Positions 11,787 through 20,545 of a stretch of 64,000 bases of DNA are shown here, piece by piece. Within the stretch, counting starts at the first letter, position 1, and each line of letters begins with the position of its first letter. The translations under genes and the position numbers were made by a program. The notes under the pieces were generated by a model, which was not told where the DNA came from, ran no database searches, and worked only from the letters and a program-made list of their open reading frames with translations. The DNA is from Thermotogota bacterium. GTDB taxonomy: Bacteria; Thermotogota; Thermotogae; UBA12178. The stretch covers positions 4,688-68,687 of the forward strand of contig JAGGZV010000051.1 in NCBI GenBank assembly GCA_021161835.1, written 5' to 3'.

Positions 11787-11814
11787 AAAATCTTCGAAAG
11801 GGGTGTTTATAGAT

Positions 11815-11931
11815 ATGAAAGTTAGAGCATCGGTTAAAAAGAGATGTGAACATTGTAAGATCATAAGGCGCAAGGGACGAGTTTGGGTTATATGCACGAA
11901 AAACCCCAAGCATAATCAGAGACAGGGTTGA
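11815..11931 (+). CDS. rpmJ: 50S ribosomal protein L36
   Basis: Not in the ORF track (38 aa). Hand translation gives [48 protein letters not shown] lies upstream, and it sits between infA and rpsM. Confidence 0.92.
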   Translation: MKVRASVKKRCEHCKIIRRKGRVWVICTKNPKHNQRQG

Positions 11932-11946
11932 GGAGGTTGAGAGTGA

Positions 11947-12312
11947 ATGGCCCGTATAGTTGGAGTGGAAATACCTAACAACAAGAAGGTTCTTTACTCC
12001 CTCACTTACATATACGGCATAGGACTTTCTAGGTCAAAGGAGATCCTGCAAAATACGGGTATAGATCCTGAAAAGAGGGTAAAAGATCTGACGGAAGACG
12101 AGATCAACAGAATTGCCCATTACATAAATGAACACTACAAGGTGGAAGGAGAGCTGAGGCAGGAGGTCCAGAGGAATATAAAACGCCTTATAGATATTGG
12201 TTGCTACCGTGGTATAAGGCACAAACTTGGACTTCCAGTTAGGGGTCAAAAGACCCGTTCTAATGCCAGAACTCGAAAAGGGCCAAGACCCAGCCGAATA
12301 AAAAAGAGATGA
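11947..12312 (+). CDS. rpsM: 30S ribosomal protein S13
   Basis: [26 protein letters not shown]. Confidence 0.95.
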   Translation: MARIVGVEIPNNKKVLYSLTYIYGIGLSRSKEILQNTGIDPEKRVKDLTEDEINRIAHYINEHYKVEGELRQEVQRNIKRLIDIGCYRGIRHKLGLPVRGQKTRSNARTRKGPRPSRIKKR

Positions 12313-12327
12313 TCAGGAGGTATAAAC

Positions 12328-12723
12328 ATGGCGAGGAAGCGAGGAAGGAGATCTTCGGCTAAAAAGAAAAAGTTGATGATCGATCATGGTGTAGTGCACA
12401 TCAAATCTACTTTTAACAACACCATCGTTACACTTACGGACAAAGATGGAAACACCATTTTATGGGCTAGTGGAGGTACCATAGGATATACCGGCACGAA
12501 GAAAGGAACGCCGTACGCAGCACAACTTGCTGCAGACAGGGTAGCAAAGGATGCACTGAAGATAGGTATAAAGCGTGTGGATGTTCATGTTAAAGGTCCT
12601 GGTCCCGGACGTGAAGCAGCCATAAGGGCTTTACAGGCTGCGGGACTGGAAGTTGGGCAGATAAAAGATGTGACACCGATACCTCACAACGGTTGCAGAC
12701 CTCGCGGAAGACGAAGAGTGTGA
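12328..12723 (+). CDS. rpsK: 30S ribosomal protein S11
   Basis: [30 protein letters not shown]...[12 protein letters not shown]. Confidence 0.95.
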   Translation: MARKRGRRSSAKKKKLMIDHGVVHIKSTFNNTIVTLTDKDGNTILWASGGTIGYTGTKKGTPYAAQLAADRVAKDALKIGIKRVDVHVKGPGPGREAAIRALQAAGLEVGQIKDVTPIPHNGCRPRGRRRV

Positions 12724-12740
12724 AGAGGAGGGAAGAATGA

Positions 12741-13367
12741 ATGGCCAGATATACCGGTCCGGTGTGCAGATTGTGCAGAAGAGAAGGTACAAAGTTGTAT
12801 CTGAAAGGTGAGAGATGTTACACAGAAAAGTGTGCGATGGAGCGGAGACCTTTCCCTCCCGGGCAGCATGGACGGCGAAAGGTCAAGCAGACGCAATATG
12901 CACTGCAGTTGCGAGCAAAACAGGCAATGAAACGCATGTACGGTGTGCTTGAAAGGCAGTTCAAACGATATTTTTATGAAGCTCAAAGAAAGAAGGGTAT
13001 AACGGGCGACAACCTTGTGAAAATAGTGGAGTCACGACTCGACAACGTGGTGTTCAGAATGGGATTTGCCACCAGCAGACGCCAGGCCAGGCAGCTGGTG
13101 AATCATGGACATTTCATGGTGAATGGTAGAAAAGTGGACATACCGTCTTACAGGTTGAAACCGGGCGACGTGGTGGAAGTTTCTGAAAAGAGTCGCGATA
13201 TAGAACCTATAAAACATGCGGTTGAGCTTTCGCGCGAGAGAACCATGTATCCCTGGTTGGAAGTGAACTTCGATGAGCTCAGGGGAACCTTCCTGAGGTA
13301 CCCCGAGATGGACGAACTGGATCTGCCTTTCGACATTCAGGCCATCGTAGAGCTGTACTCCAAGTGA
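12741..13367 (+). CDS. rpsD: 30S ribosomal protein S4
   Basis: [31 protein letters not shown], plus an S4 RNA-binding domain. Confidence 0.95.
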   Translation: MARYTGPVCRLCRREGTKLYLKGERCYTEKCAMERRPFPPGQHGRRKVKQTQYALQLRAKQAMKRMYGVLERQFKRYFYEAQRKKGITGDNLVKIVESRLDNVVFRMGFATSRRQARQLVNHGHFMVNGRKVDIPSYRLKPGDVVEVSEKSRDIEPIKHAVELSRERTMYPWLEVNFDELRGTFLRYPEMDELDLPFDIQAIVELYSK

Positions 13368-13409
13368 TGAAAGGAGGTGTGGGCTCGAGTCAGAACTCGG
13401 GCCGATCCT

Positions 13410-14447
13410 ATGGGTTTTGAATTTGTCATGCCTAGGAGGTTCGTCCTGGAGGAGGAAAGGGAAGGAAAAGATTATTACTACGCTCGATTCGCCATACACC
13501 CTCTCGAGAAGGGTTACGCCATAACCCTTGGGAATGCGCTCAGGAGGGTTCTTCTCTCCTCCATACCCGCTCTGGCCATAACCAGAATAAGAATTCCGGG
13601 TAAATATCATGAATTTGACACCATAGAAGGAGTCAAGGAAGATATAATAGAGATCATACTTAACCTGAAAAAAGTTCAGTTGGCATCCTCTTCGTCCACG
13701 CAGGGATTCGTGCGCATGACCATAGAAAAACAGGGACCTGGAGAAGTCAAGGCGGGTGATATAAAGACTCCCGCAGGTGTTGAGGTCATGAATCCAGATT
13801 TACATATAGCTACTCTGGCCGAGGATGCGATGTTGTACATGGAACTGTTTGCCAGAACAGGAATAGGGTTCGTTCCTGTTTCGGAGATGGATGCTCCTGA
13901 GAACGTGGAAACCATACTGATAGATGGGGTTTTCACTCCTGTGATAAGGGTGAACTTTCTCACTGAGAACGTGCGTGTCGGTAAGCGTACCGACTACGAT
14001 AAGCTCATACTGGAGATATGGACGAAGAAGAACCTGCGTCCTGCTGACGCTTTGAAGAAGGCGACCAGTATACTCATGGATCATCTGAGTTTCATTTCTG
14101 AAGAGCTGGAGAAGATCGGTGCCGGTGAAGGTGTCCCGGAAATCGTATATGCAACGGAAGAGGTCATGCATGAAGAACAGGAAGAGACGGAAGAGTCACA
14201 GGAGGACCTGTTCGCTGAATTGCAGGAGCATAAGATAGAGGAGCTGGAGATACCCGCTCGAATACTCAATTCTCTCAAGCGTGAGAAGATACAGACAATC
14301 GCTGACCTGCTTTCCACAACGGAATCAGAACTCTTGAAAATAAAGAATTTTGGTAAGAAGTCCCTGGAAGAGGTGAACAAGAAACTCGAAGAGAAGTTCG
14401 GTTTGACCATACCCAAGACGTCGAGGAGGGATGAAGATGCGTCATAG
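13410..14447 (+). CDS. rpoA: DNA-directed RNA polymerase subunit alpha
   Basis: GYAITLGNALRRVLLSSIP, with a C-terminal domain (EELEIPARILNSLKREKIQTIADLL). The start is uncertain: ATG 13410 fits the usual N-terminus, while the ORF track begins at GTG 13377, which lies inside the SD-like AAGGAGGTG. Confidence 0.9.
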   Translation: MGFEFVMPRRFVLEEEREGKDYYYARFAIHPLEKGYAITLGNALRRVLLSSIPALAITRIRIPGKYHEFDTIEGVKEDIIEIILNLKKVQLASSSSTQGFVRMTIEKQGPGEVKAGDIKTPAGVEVMNPDLHIATLAEDAMLYMELFARTGIGFVPVSEMDAPENVETILIDGVFTPVIRVNFLTENVRVGKRTDYDKLILEIWTKKNLRPADALKKATSILMDHLSFISEELEKIGAGEGVPEIVYATEEVMHEEQEETEESQEDLFAELQEHKIEELEIPARILNSLKREKIQTIADLLSTTESELLKIKNFGKKSLEEVNKKLEEKFGLTIPKTSRRDEDAS

Positions 14448-14802
14448 AGTGTCCAAGAAGAAGTTGAATCGTCCACGCAGTCACAGAATGGCCATGATAA
14501 AGAATCTCATGAGATCTCTCTTCATACATGGATCGATCATGACCACCACCACGAAGGCCAAGGCGGTAAGGCCCTATGTAGAAAAGCTGATAACCAAGGC
14601 CAAGGCCGGTGATCTCCATGCAAGGCGCATGGTCAACAGATGGTTGAACGATCGACGATTGACCAACAAAGTGGTGGATGAAATAGCCAAAAGATATATT
14701 GACAGGCCAGGAGGTTACACGCGAATAATAAAGGTTGGCAACAGGAGGGGCGATGGTGCAGAGATGGCTATACTCCAGCTTGTTGAAGGCGAGGAAGAAT
14801 GA
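14437..14802 (+). CDS. rplQ: 50S ribosomal protein L17
   Basis: MRHRVSKKKLNRPRSHR. ATG 14437 lies 6 nt after ATG 14431, with SD GAGGAGGG directly upstream. It overlaps the rpoA 3' end. Confidence 0.93.
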   Translation: MRHRVSKKKLNRPRSHRMAMIKNLMRSLFIHGSIMTTTTKAKAVRPYVEKLITKAKAGDLHARRMVNRWLNDRRLTNKVVDEIAKRYIDRPGGYTRIIKVGNRRGDGAEMAILQLVEGEEE

Positions 14803-14828
14803 GAGTATAATGAAAGAGAGGTGGAAAG

Positions 14829-15038
14829 ATGAAGGACAAGATCCATCCCAAAATGAGGCTGATAACTGTTAAATGTGCGTGTGGAGCCGAGCACAAAATC
14901 TGGACTACCCGGGAGAATATAAGGGTAGACGTTTGTTCCAACTGTCATCCTTTTTACAAGGGTGATAAAAGCGTTCTCTTCGTCGATACCGAGGGTAGAG
15001 TGGAGAAATTCCGCAGGAAATATGGTGAGGATTACTGA
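14829..15038 (+). CDS. rpmE: 50S ribosomal protein L31 (Cys-containing, zinc-type)
   Basis: 69 aa with MKDKIHPKM...VKCACGAEH...[11 protein letters not shown]. Confidence 0.9.
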   Translation: MKDKIHPKMRLITVKCACGAEHKIWTTRENIRVDVCSNCHPFYKGDKSVLFVDTEGRVEKFRRKYGEDY

Positions 15039-15093
15039 ATTTTGGTATGAATAATCTTTCATCATAAAAATCTATCGTTTGGAGGTATCGCGT

Positions 15094-15444
15094 GTGGAAA
15101 TAGGTTCGTTGGTCAATGGTAAGGTTGTAAGTATCAAAAAGTTTGGTGCTTTTGTGAAACTGGATTCCGGAGAGGAAGGTTTTGTGCACATCTCGAATAT
15201 TTCGGAAAGGTACGTAAGAAAAGTGGAAGATTTTCTGAAAGTTGGTCAGGAGGTGAAGGCCAAAGTCATAGGGAAAACAAGAGATGGTAAATTGGACCTT
15301 TCGTTGATACTGGAGGGCAATGTGGACAAAGCCAAAGAAGAATTTGAGAAGCGTCTGGCCCGTTTCATGCGTGATAGTGAGAGAAAACAATCGGAATATC
15401 GGAGAAGGCTTGATGCAAAGCGAGGAGTGAAAAAGAGAAGGTGA
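15094..15444 (+). CDS. S1-domain RNA-binding protein (YabR/GSP13-like)
   Basis: S1 OB-fold GSLVNGKVVSIKKFGAFVKLDSGEEGFVHISNIS, with a basic C-tail. GTG 15094 follows SD GGAGGT; the ORF track starts at TTG 15079. Confidence 0.8.
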   Translation: MEIGSLVNGKVVSIKKFGAFVKLDSGEEGFVHISNISERYVRKVEDFLKVGQEVKAKVIGKTRDGKLDLSLILEGNVDKAKEEFEKRLARFMRDSERKQSEYRRRLDAKRGVKKRR

Positions 15445-15448
15445 TACC

Positions 15449-15486
15449 GAGGCTCGGATTCCATCCGAGCCTCTTCGATTTTTCTG
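15449..15486 (+). terminator. Rho-independent terminator closing the ribosomal gene block
   Basis: 10-bp perfect stem GAGGCTCGGA / TCCGAGCCTC (15449-15458 / 15464-15473) with a 5-nt loop, followed by the T-rich TTCGATTTTTCT. Confidence 0.85.
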
Positions 15487-15489
15487 TGT

Positions 15490-15993
15490 ATGTCAAGGCC
15501 ACTTGTTGTTATAAGTAAATGTCTGGGTTTTGCGCGATGTCGGTACAATGGAAAAATCATAGAGGTAGGATGGCTGGAAGAGCTCAAGAGTTTTGTTGAG
15601 CTTTTACCAGTGTGTCCGGAAGTAGCAATAGGGCTTGGTGTTCCGCGTGATCCCATATCTTTGGTATTGAAAAATGGTGAAAAAAGACTGGTACAAGTTT
15701 CCACTGGATGTGATCTAACGGAATATATGAGAAATTTTTCTCGTGAATTCCTTTCAAGTCTGAGTAAAGTATCAGGTTTCATCTTGAAGAGTAAATCACC
15801 ATCCTGTGGTGTCTACGATACGCCGGTATTTGCTGACTTGTCAACCGGGATTCCTGTTTCGTATGGTTCCGGGCTGTTCACTCAGATGGTATTCGAATTC
15901 TTTCCATCTCTCCCCATCGTTGATGAGAAATATCTCACACTTCCGGAAAACAGATATGAATTTTTGAAAAAAATTTCATGTGGGAGGATATGA
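15490..15993 (+). CDS. DUF523-family protein (YbbK / 2-thiouracil desulfurase-like)
   Basis: N-terminal VVISKCLGFARCRYNG resembles the DUF523 Cys motif (SACLLG..CRYDG); a further Cys follows (LPVCPE, SPSCG). Family call from memory. Confidence 0.55.
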   Translation: MSRPLVVISKCLGFARCRYNGKIIEVGWLEELKSFVELLPVCPEVAIGLGVPRDPISLVLKNGEKRLVQVSTGCDLTEYMRNFSREFLSSLSKVSGFILKSKSPSCGVYDTPVFADLSTGIPVSYGSGLFTQMVFEFFPSLPIVDEKYLTLPENRYEFLKKISCGRI

Positions 15994-15999
15994 ACACTC

Positions 16000-16794
16000 C
16001 TATCGCTTTCTTCTCATCCACATAATTCCCGTTATGAGTTTATCAGTGTTGAAAACCCATGTTATGATCGCGGTTACCGTGATCGAGAAGATTGTCATGT
16101 ACAGTATGCCATAGAAGATGGGTGAATAATCGTCAAGAAGAAGGTTTTTCATGGCCGTCATGGCGTGAGTGAAAGGTATGAGGAAAGTGATCACCTTCAA
16201 CACAGGCGGAAGATTAGCAAGGTCTTTAAACATGGTAACAAGCATGCTGAAAATCCCCATGGCTGTTATGGGAATTGTTAGAAATTGTGCATTCCTATAA
16301 TCTTTCGCTGCGATACCCAACAACATACTCAGGGCAATTCCTGAAAAGAGGGTAAGAAAAAGCACGACAGCCAGAATGATGTAATCGTAAAGCTCGAATT
16401 CGAATCTTATTGGTCCGAACCCTTCTTCTGAAAAGGTAAGAGATCTCATGTACAAACCGAATCCCACCATGTATATAACGGACGCCACAAGACCGTATAT
16501 CGTTGCGGCAAGAGTTTTGCTTAGAATGATATAACCACGTTTTATGGGAAGGGTCAGGAGCGTTTCGAGAGTTTTATTTTCTTTTTCCAGTCCCATAGAT
16601 GAGATCACAGATCCTCCCGCCGTCAAGATGAGCATAAGCACTATTACAGCTCCGAGCCAGGTTTTTGAATATATGGCACTGCCTACCGCGCTGGGGGTCA
16701 TACCTTCGATACGCATGTTTCTGTACAGTGTGGTGTCCACGTTCACCACAGGTCTGGTCAGAAACGAAGGATCACCACCAAGTTTTTCCATCAA
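16000..16794 (-). CDS. ABC-2 type (NatB-like) exporter permease, C-terminal membrane part of a split gene
   Basis: 264 aa and about 5 TM helices, with the GSVISSMGLEKENKTLETLLTLPIKR motif typical of ABC-2/NatB permeases. Downstream of the ABC ATPase. See the finding on the split. Confidence 0.75.
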   Translation of the reverse strand: MMEKLGGDPSFLTRPVVNVDTTLYRNMRIEGMTPSAVGSAIYSKTWLGAVIVLMLILTAGGSVISSMGLEKENKTLETLLTLPIKRGYIILSKTLAATIYGLVASVIYMVGFGLYMRSLTFSEEGFGPIRFEFELYDYIILAVVLFLTLFSGIALSMLLGIAAKDYRNAQFLTIPITAMGIFSMLVTMFKDLANLPPVLKVITFLIPFTHAMTAMKNLLLDDYSPIFYGILYMTIFSITVTAIITWVFNTDKLITGIMWMRRKR

Positions 16795-17237
16795 ATGGCT
16801 GGAAAGTTTCTCTTTGATTGCTTCCAGTATTCCGCCCCCATTTCAGAAGCGATGTTGTCCATCATTCCCGTTCCTTTCATGAGCCAGAATACTTTCAGTG
16901 TACCGCTTTTACCTTTTTCTATGTTGTTTGAAAATCCGGACGGTATCACGAAAAGCATGGCTCCATTTTCTTTTAGGAGCTTTTTCAGCGCTTCTTCTAT
17001 ATTGACAGGGGTTTCGAGAATTTCCGCTCTTTCTTCTATGATTCTGTAAACCATATCGGCATAGATGCCATCATCCAGCTTTATGATTCCCACACGGGGT
17101 TTCTTGGATATTTCCTTTTCTATGTTACCCACCGCCTGTCCAAGAAAAGCGTACATTGTCGCAAACAACGCTATGGCCAATATGTTCGCCAGTGTCAGAA
17201 GTTCCCTCAATTCTTTTTTCATGAGATTCATGAACAT
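16791..17237 (-). CDS. ABC-2 type (NatB-like) exporter permease, N-terminal part (TM1 + extracytoplasmic domain) of a split gene
   Basis: 148 aa: MKKELRELLTLANILAIALFATMYAF (TM1), then a soluble segment. The stop overlaps the next ORF's start (TGATG). Confidence 0.7.
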   Translation of the reverse strand: MFMNLMKKELRELLTLANILAIALFATMYAFLGQAVGNIEKEISKKPRVGIIKLDDGIYADMVYRIIEERAEILETPVNIEEALKKLLKENGAMLFVIPSGFSNNIEKGKSGTLKVFWLMKGTGMMDNIASEMGAEYWKQSKRNFPAI

Positions 17238-17950
17238 GCTATCACCGCCGTGAAGACTTCTTCTATATTTTCAGCGCTGTACTTTTCCTTCAGTTCTTGG
17301 GGTGTTCCTATCTCCACTATTTCCCCATTGTTTATCAGCGCTATGCGATCACACAGGAACTCCACTTCCAGCATATTATGGGAGGAGAGAAGCACCGTGG
17401 TCCCAGATTTTGCAGCGGACTTTATTATCCTGCGTATCTCCTGGGCATTGATCACGTCCAAACCCGATGTGGGTTCATCGAGTATCGCCAGTCTGGGATC
17501 CATCATGAGCGTACGGGCAACCAGCAATCTTCGTATCATTCCTTTGCTGTAGGTGTCTACCTTGGAATCTATGCGATCGCCCAATTTGGCTATTTCCACA
17601 CCTTTTCTAACCATTTCTTTGACCTGTTCCGCATTGCCAAAGAATCTTGCCATGAATTCCAGGTATTTTCTTCCCGTGAGATTCTTGTAAGCTCCTGCCT
17701 CCTCGGGAAGATAGCTTATCATCTTCCTTATTTTCGAAGCTTCTTTTGAGAGATCGTGACCGAATATCGTCACCGTTCCCGAGGTTATTTGCAGAAGGGT
17801 TGAAACAATCCGAAGTGTGGTGGTTTTACCAGCCCCGTTGGGACCTATGAGGCCGAAGATTTCTCCCTCTTCAACCTTGAAGGATATACCTTTCAGCGCT
17901 CTGCGTTTTCCATAATCCTTGATCAGGTTCCGAACCTCTAGTGCGTACAA
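17228..17950 (-). CDS. ABC transporter ATP-binding protein (NatA/ABC-2 subfamily)
   Basis: Walker A GPNGAGKTT, signature YSKGMIRRL, Walker B LAILDEPTSGLD. TTG start after SD GGGGGAGAGGGA. Confidence 0.9.
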   Translation of the reverse strand: MYALEVRNLIKDYGKRRALKGISFKVEEGEIFGLIGPNGAGKTTTLRIVSTLLQITSGTVTIFGHDLSKEASKIRKMISYLPEEAGAYKNLTGRKYLEFMARFFGNAEQVKEMVRKGVEIAKLGDRIDSKVDTYSKGMIRRLLVARTLMMDPRLAILDEPTSGLDVINAQEIRRIIKSAAKSGTTVLLSSHNMLEVEFLCDRIALINNGEIVEIGTPQELKEKYSAENIEEVFTAVIACS

Positions 17951-17986
17951 CTTTCCCTCTCCCCCATGTGGGCAACCACCTGCATC

Positions 17987-18004
17987 GTGTTAGTATTTTA
18001 ACAC
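17987..18004. promoter_or_regulatory. Perfect inverted repeat GTGTTA-N6-TAACAC in a divergent intergenic region (candidate operator)
   Basis: GTGTTAGTATTTTAACAC, read directly. It lies between the minus-strand ABC exporter genes and the plus-strand GAF gene. Confidence 0.3.
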
Positions 18005-18056
18005 AGTAGTTCTCATATCCTGCTTTGAACATTGTGTGAAAGGGGGAGGTGACGGG

Positions 18057-18530
18057 ATGAGGGATGAGATTTTCCATCGGTTGAAAAGGGAATTCGAGGA
18101 GCTCTTTTCACGAGGATACGGTTTGAATGAACTTCTGGATATTATTGTCGAGAAACTACATACCCGTGTTCCCTACTACAACTGGGTTGGATTTTACCTT
18201 GTCGATGAAACGGGTGAACGATTGAAACTGGGTCCTTATGTTGGGGAACCCACTGAACACGTTCTCATCCCTTTTGGTAAAGGTATATGCGGTCAGGCGG
18301 CTATCACAAAGTCAACCTTTCTGGTTCAGGATGTTTCGAAAGAAGACAACTACCTGGCGTGCAGCCCTAAAGTCAAATCGGAGATCGTTGTTCCCATAAT
18401 CGTGGACGGTAAAGTGTACGGGGAGCTGGATATCGATAGTCATGAACTCAATGCTTTCGATGAGAACGATAGAAAGTTACTTGAATGGATATGTGAGAGA
18501 ATAATAGTTTTTGTCAAGAGCGTGAAATGA
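18057..18530 (+). CDS. GAF-domain protein, free methionine-(R)-sulfoxide reductase-like
   Basis: YNWVGFYLVDE...LGPYVGEPTEHVLIPFGKGICGQAA...SEIVVPI...GELDIDS matches the small single-GAF (COG1956-like) pattern. ATG 18057 follows SD AGGGGGAGGTG. Confidence 0.65.
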   Translation: MRDEIFHRLKREFEELFSRGYGLNELLDIIVEKLHTRVPYYNWVGFYLVDETGERLKLGPYVGEPTEHVLIPFGKGICGQAAITKSTFLVQDVSKEDNYLACSPKVKSEIVVPIIVDGKVYGELDIDSHELNAFDENDRKLLEWICERIIVFVKSVK

Positions 18531-18548
18531 TGTTTCCAGATGGTTTCC

Positions 18549-18577
18549 TTGACTTGAAGAGAGGAAACGTGTATAAT
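18549..18577 (+). promoter_or_regulatory. Sigma70-type promoter for the ABC importer operon
   Basis: TTGACT (18549-18554), a 17-nt spacer, then TATAAT (18572-18577) preceded by TG (extended -10). It sits 46 nt upstream of ATG 18624. GTTTCC/GGAAAC arms flank the -35. Confidence 0.7.
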
Positions 18578-18623
18578 CGTTTTTGGTTGATAACCTTGGA
18601 GAGAGAAAGGAGGCGGTTAGAGG

Positions 18624-20450
18624 ATGAGGAAGCTTCTGCTCGTTATCCTGCTGGTTGCCGGTCTACTAGCAGTGGGATATGCTGAAAAAGTCGTTAACTA
18701 TGGTATCTACGAAGACATCACCACCACGAACCTCTGGAACATCATAGGACCAGGTGCTACAACGTGGAATTTCACGGTGCAGTTGTGGAAATGGGGTAGT
18801 CTTCTCGGTATGAACAAAGATGGTATGGTTACTCCAGGGCTTGCGGCCGATGTTCCTGAGCTGGTAAAAGAAGGGGACTACTGGACGGTTACCGTTCCTC
18901 TTAGAAAGGATGTCAAATGGAGCGATGGTGTGCCTTTCACTGCAGACGATGTGGTATTCACTTACAACACGGTTAAGGAGCTGAAGATACCCGGAGGGAA
19001 CTGGAGCGGTGCGTACGAACCGGAAAAGGTGGAAAAGATCGATGATTACACGGTGAAATTCTACTTCAAAGAGAAGAAGACCATGACCATATTCTTCGAC
19101 ACCCTGATGACGGCTATCGCTCCCAAACATTTCTGGGAACCACTCGTTGAAGAGGCCAAGAAGAAACCCGATCCCGCACAGTGGTTGTTGCAGCAGGAAA
19201 CGGTGGAACCCGGTGTGGCGGCTCTGAACATCACGAGATGGGAAAAGGGAGCCTTTATCGAAGCTTCGAGGGTTGTCGATGATTACTGGGCTGAAGGTGA
19301 GAAGGGTATATACTACGAGAACGGTGGTTATGTCATCGACAATCCGAAGACCGGTTTCCACTGGGAAAGCAAGAATCCCAAGCCAGAAGGAAAAGTGAAG
19401 CTTGTCGTTGAGACGGGACCGTTCATCGACAGGCTGGTCTGGAGGATTTTCGGTAACAGACCCGCATCCATACAGGCGCTTTTGAGCGGTGATATTTCCT
19501 TTATTCCTAACCCGCTTGGACTCACAGCTGGGGAGCTCCAGCAAGTGCAGGGTCAGCCCGGTATAGAGATAGTCACAAATCCCGCTCTTGGCTTCAGGTA
19601 CATCGCATTCAATTTGAGGAAATACCCAATGAACGTCAAAGAATTCCGTCAGGCTATAGCTGCTCTGATCGATAGAGACTACATTTGTAACAGAGTGCTT
19701 CAGGGTAAAGCTATACCTCTTTCCACCCCAGTTCCACCTGCCAATAGCTTCTGGTACAATCCCAACATAAAGACCTTAGGAGAAGGCATGAACAGAGCAG
19801 AAAGGTATCAGTTGGCCATAGACCTGCTCAAGAAGGCTGGTTTTTCCTGGCTGGTGCCACCCAAGATAGATCCCAGCAAACCTGCTAATCCTGTTGTGAG
19901 AAAGGGTAAAGGTTTGAGAGGGCCCGATGGTAAGCTGGTTCCCACCATTACGTTGCTCGCCCCGTCCGGAGAGTACGACCCAATGAGGGCAACGACGGCG
20001 ATATACATCGAACAGTGGGCCAACGACATCGGTATACCCATAGAAGCCAAGTTAACCGATTTCAACGAGATCGTCGATAAAGCATTCATACAGGTTGATT
20101 TCGACATCTACATGCTTGGTTGGGGTATTGGAAGGGTTCCCACTTACTTCAAGTCCTTCTGGTACTCCAAGGAAGCAGCACCGCAGGGGTACAACACACC
20201 CGGTTACAACAATCCTGAATTCGACGCTCTCATCGATGAATTCGAAAGAGCTGACAACTTCGAGCAGGCCAGGGAAGTTATAATGGAGGCACAGGAATTG
20301 CTTGCAGAAGATCTGCCCTATGTGGTGTTGTTCACCACACCACTGTACGAAGCATATAGAGCCGATCAGATTCAGTTCCCGTTCACCGATGCATTGGACG
20401 GTATACAGAATTACTATGGCTTCCCGGAAAGTGTGAAATTAGTCAAATGA
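18624..20450 (+). CDS. ABC transporter substrate-binding protein, family 5 (Opp/Dpp type; peptide or oligosaccharide)
   Basis: 608 aa with an N-terminal signal/anchor (MRKLLLVILLVAGLLAVGYA), and the length and composition typical of SBP family 5. First gene of the operon. Confidence 0.85.
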   Translation: MRKLLLVILLVAGLLAVGYAEKVVNYGIYEDITTTNLWNIIGPGATTWNFTVQLWKWGSLLGMNKDGMVTPGLAADVPELVKEGDYWTVTVPLRKDVKWSDGVPFTADDVVFTYNTVKELKIPGGNWSGAYEPEKVEKIDDYTVKFYFKEKKTMTIFFDTLMTAIAPKHFWEPLVEEAKKKPDPAQWLLQQETVEPGVAALNITRWEKGAFIEASRVVDDYWAEGEKGIYYENGGYVIDNPKTGFHWESKNPKPEGKVKLVVETGPFIDRLVWRIFGNRPASIQALLSGDISFIPNPLGLTAGELQQVQGQPGIEIVTNPALGFRYIAFNLRKYPMNVKEFRQAIAALIDRDYICNRVLQGKAIPLSTPVPPANSFWYNPNIKTLGEGMNRAERYQLAIDLLKKAGFSWLVPPKIDPSKPANPVVRKGKGLRGPDGKLVPTITLLAPSGEYDPMRATTAIYIEQWANDIGIPIEAKLTDFNEIVDKAFIQVDFDIYMLGWGIGRVPTYFKSFWYSKEAAPQGYNTPGYNNPEFDALIDEFERADNFEQAREVIMEAQELLAEDLPYVVLFTTPLYEAYRADQIQFPFTDALDGIQNYYGFPESVKLVK

Positions 20451-20477
20451 TGTATGATAGTGTATGAATGTGATTTC

Positions 20478-20500
20478 TCCCCCGGCCCCGTGCCGGGGGA
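20478..20500 (+). terminator. GC-rich hairpin after the binding-protein gene (intra-operon attenuator/terminator)
   Basis: 9-bp stem TCCCCCGGC / GCCGGGGGA with a 5-nt loop, followed by TTTAAAT. Confidence 0.6.
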
Positions 20501-20545
20501 TTTAAATCGATGGAGGGGGACTCAATCAAAAGGAGAGGTGACGCG

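Noticed and set aside
13368-13412. A strong SD-like AAGGAGGTG (13371-13379) sits 31 nt upstream of the best rpoA ATG (13410). An out-of-frame 13-codon mini-ORF from GTG 13379 ends at 13420, across the rpoA start.
   Set aside because: The GTGs at 13377 and 13379 overlap or abut the SD, so the spacing is implausible for initiation. Without ribosome profiling this is just start-codon ambiguity, and there is not enough evidence for a uORF coupling mechanism.
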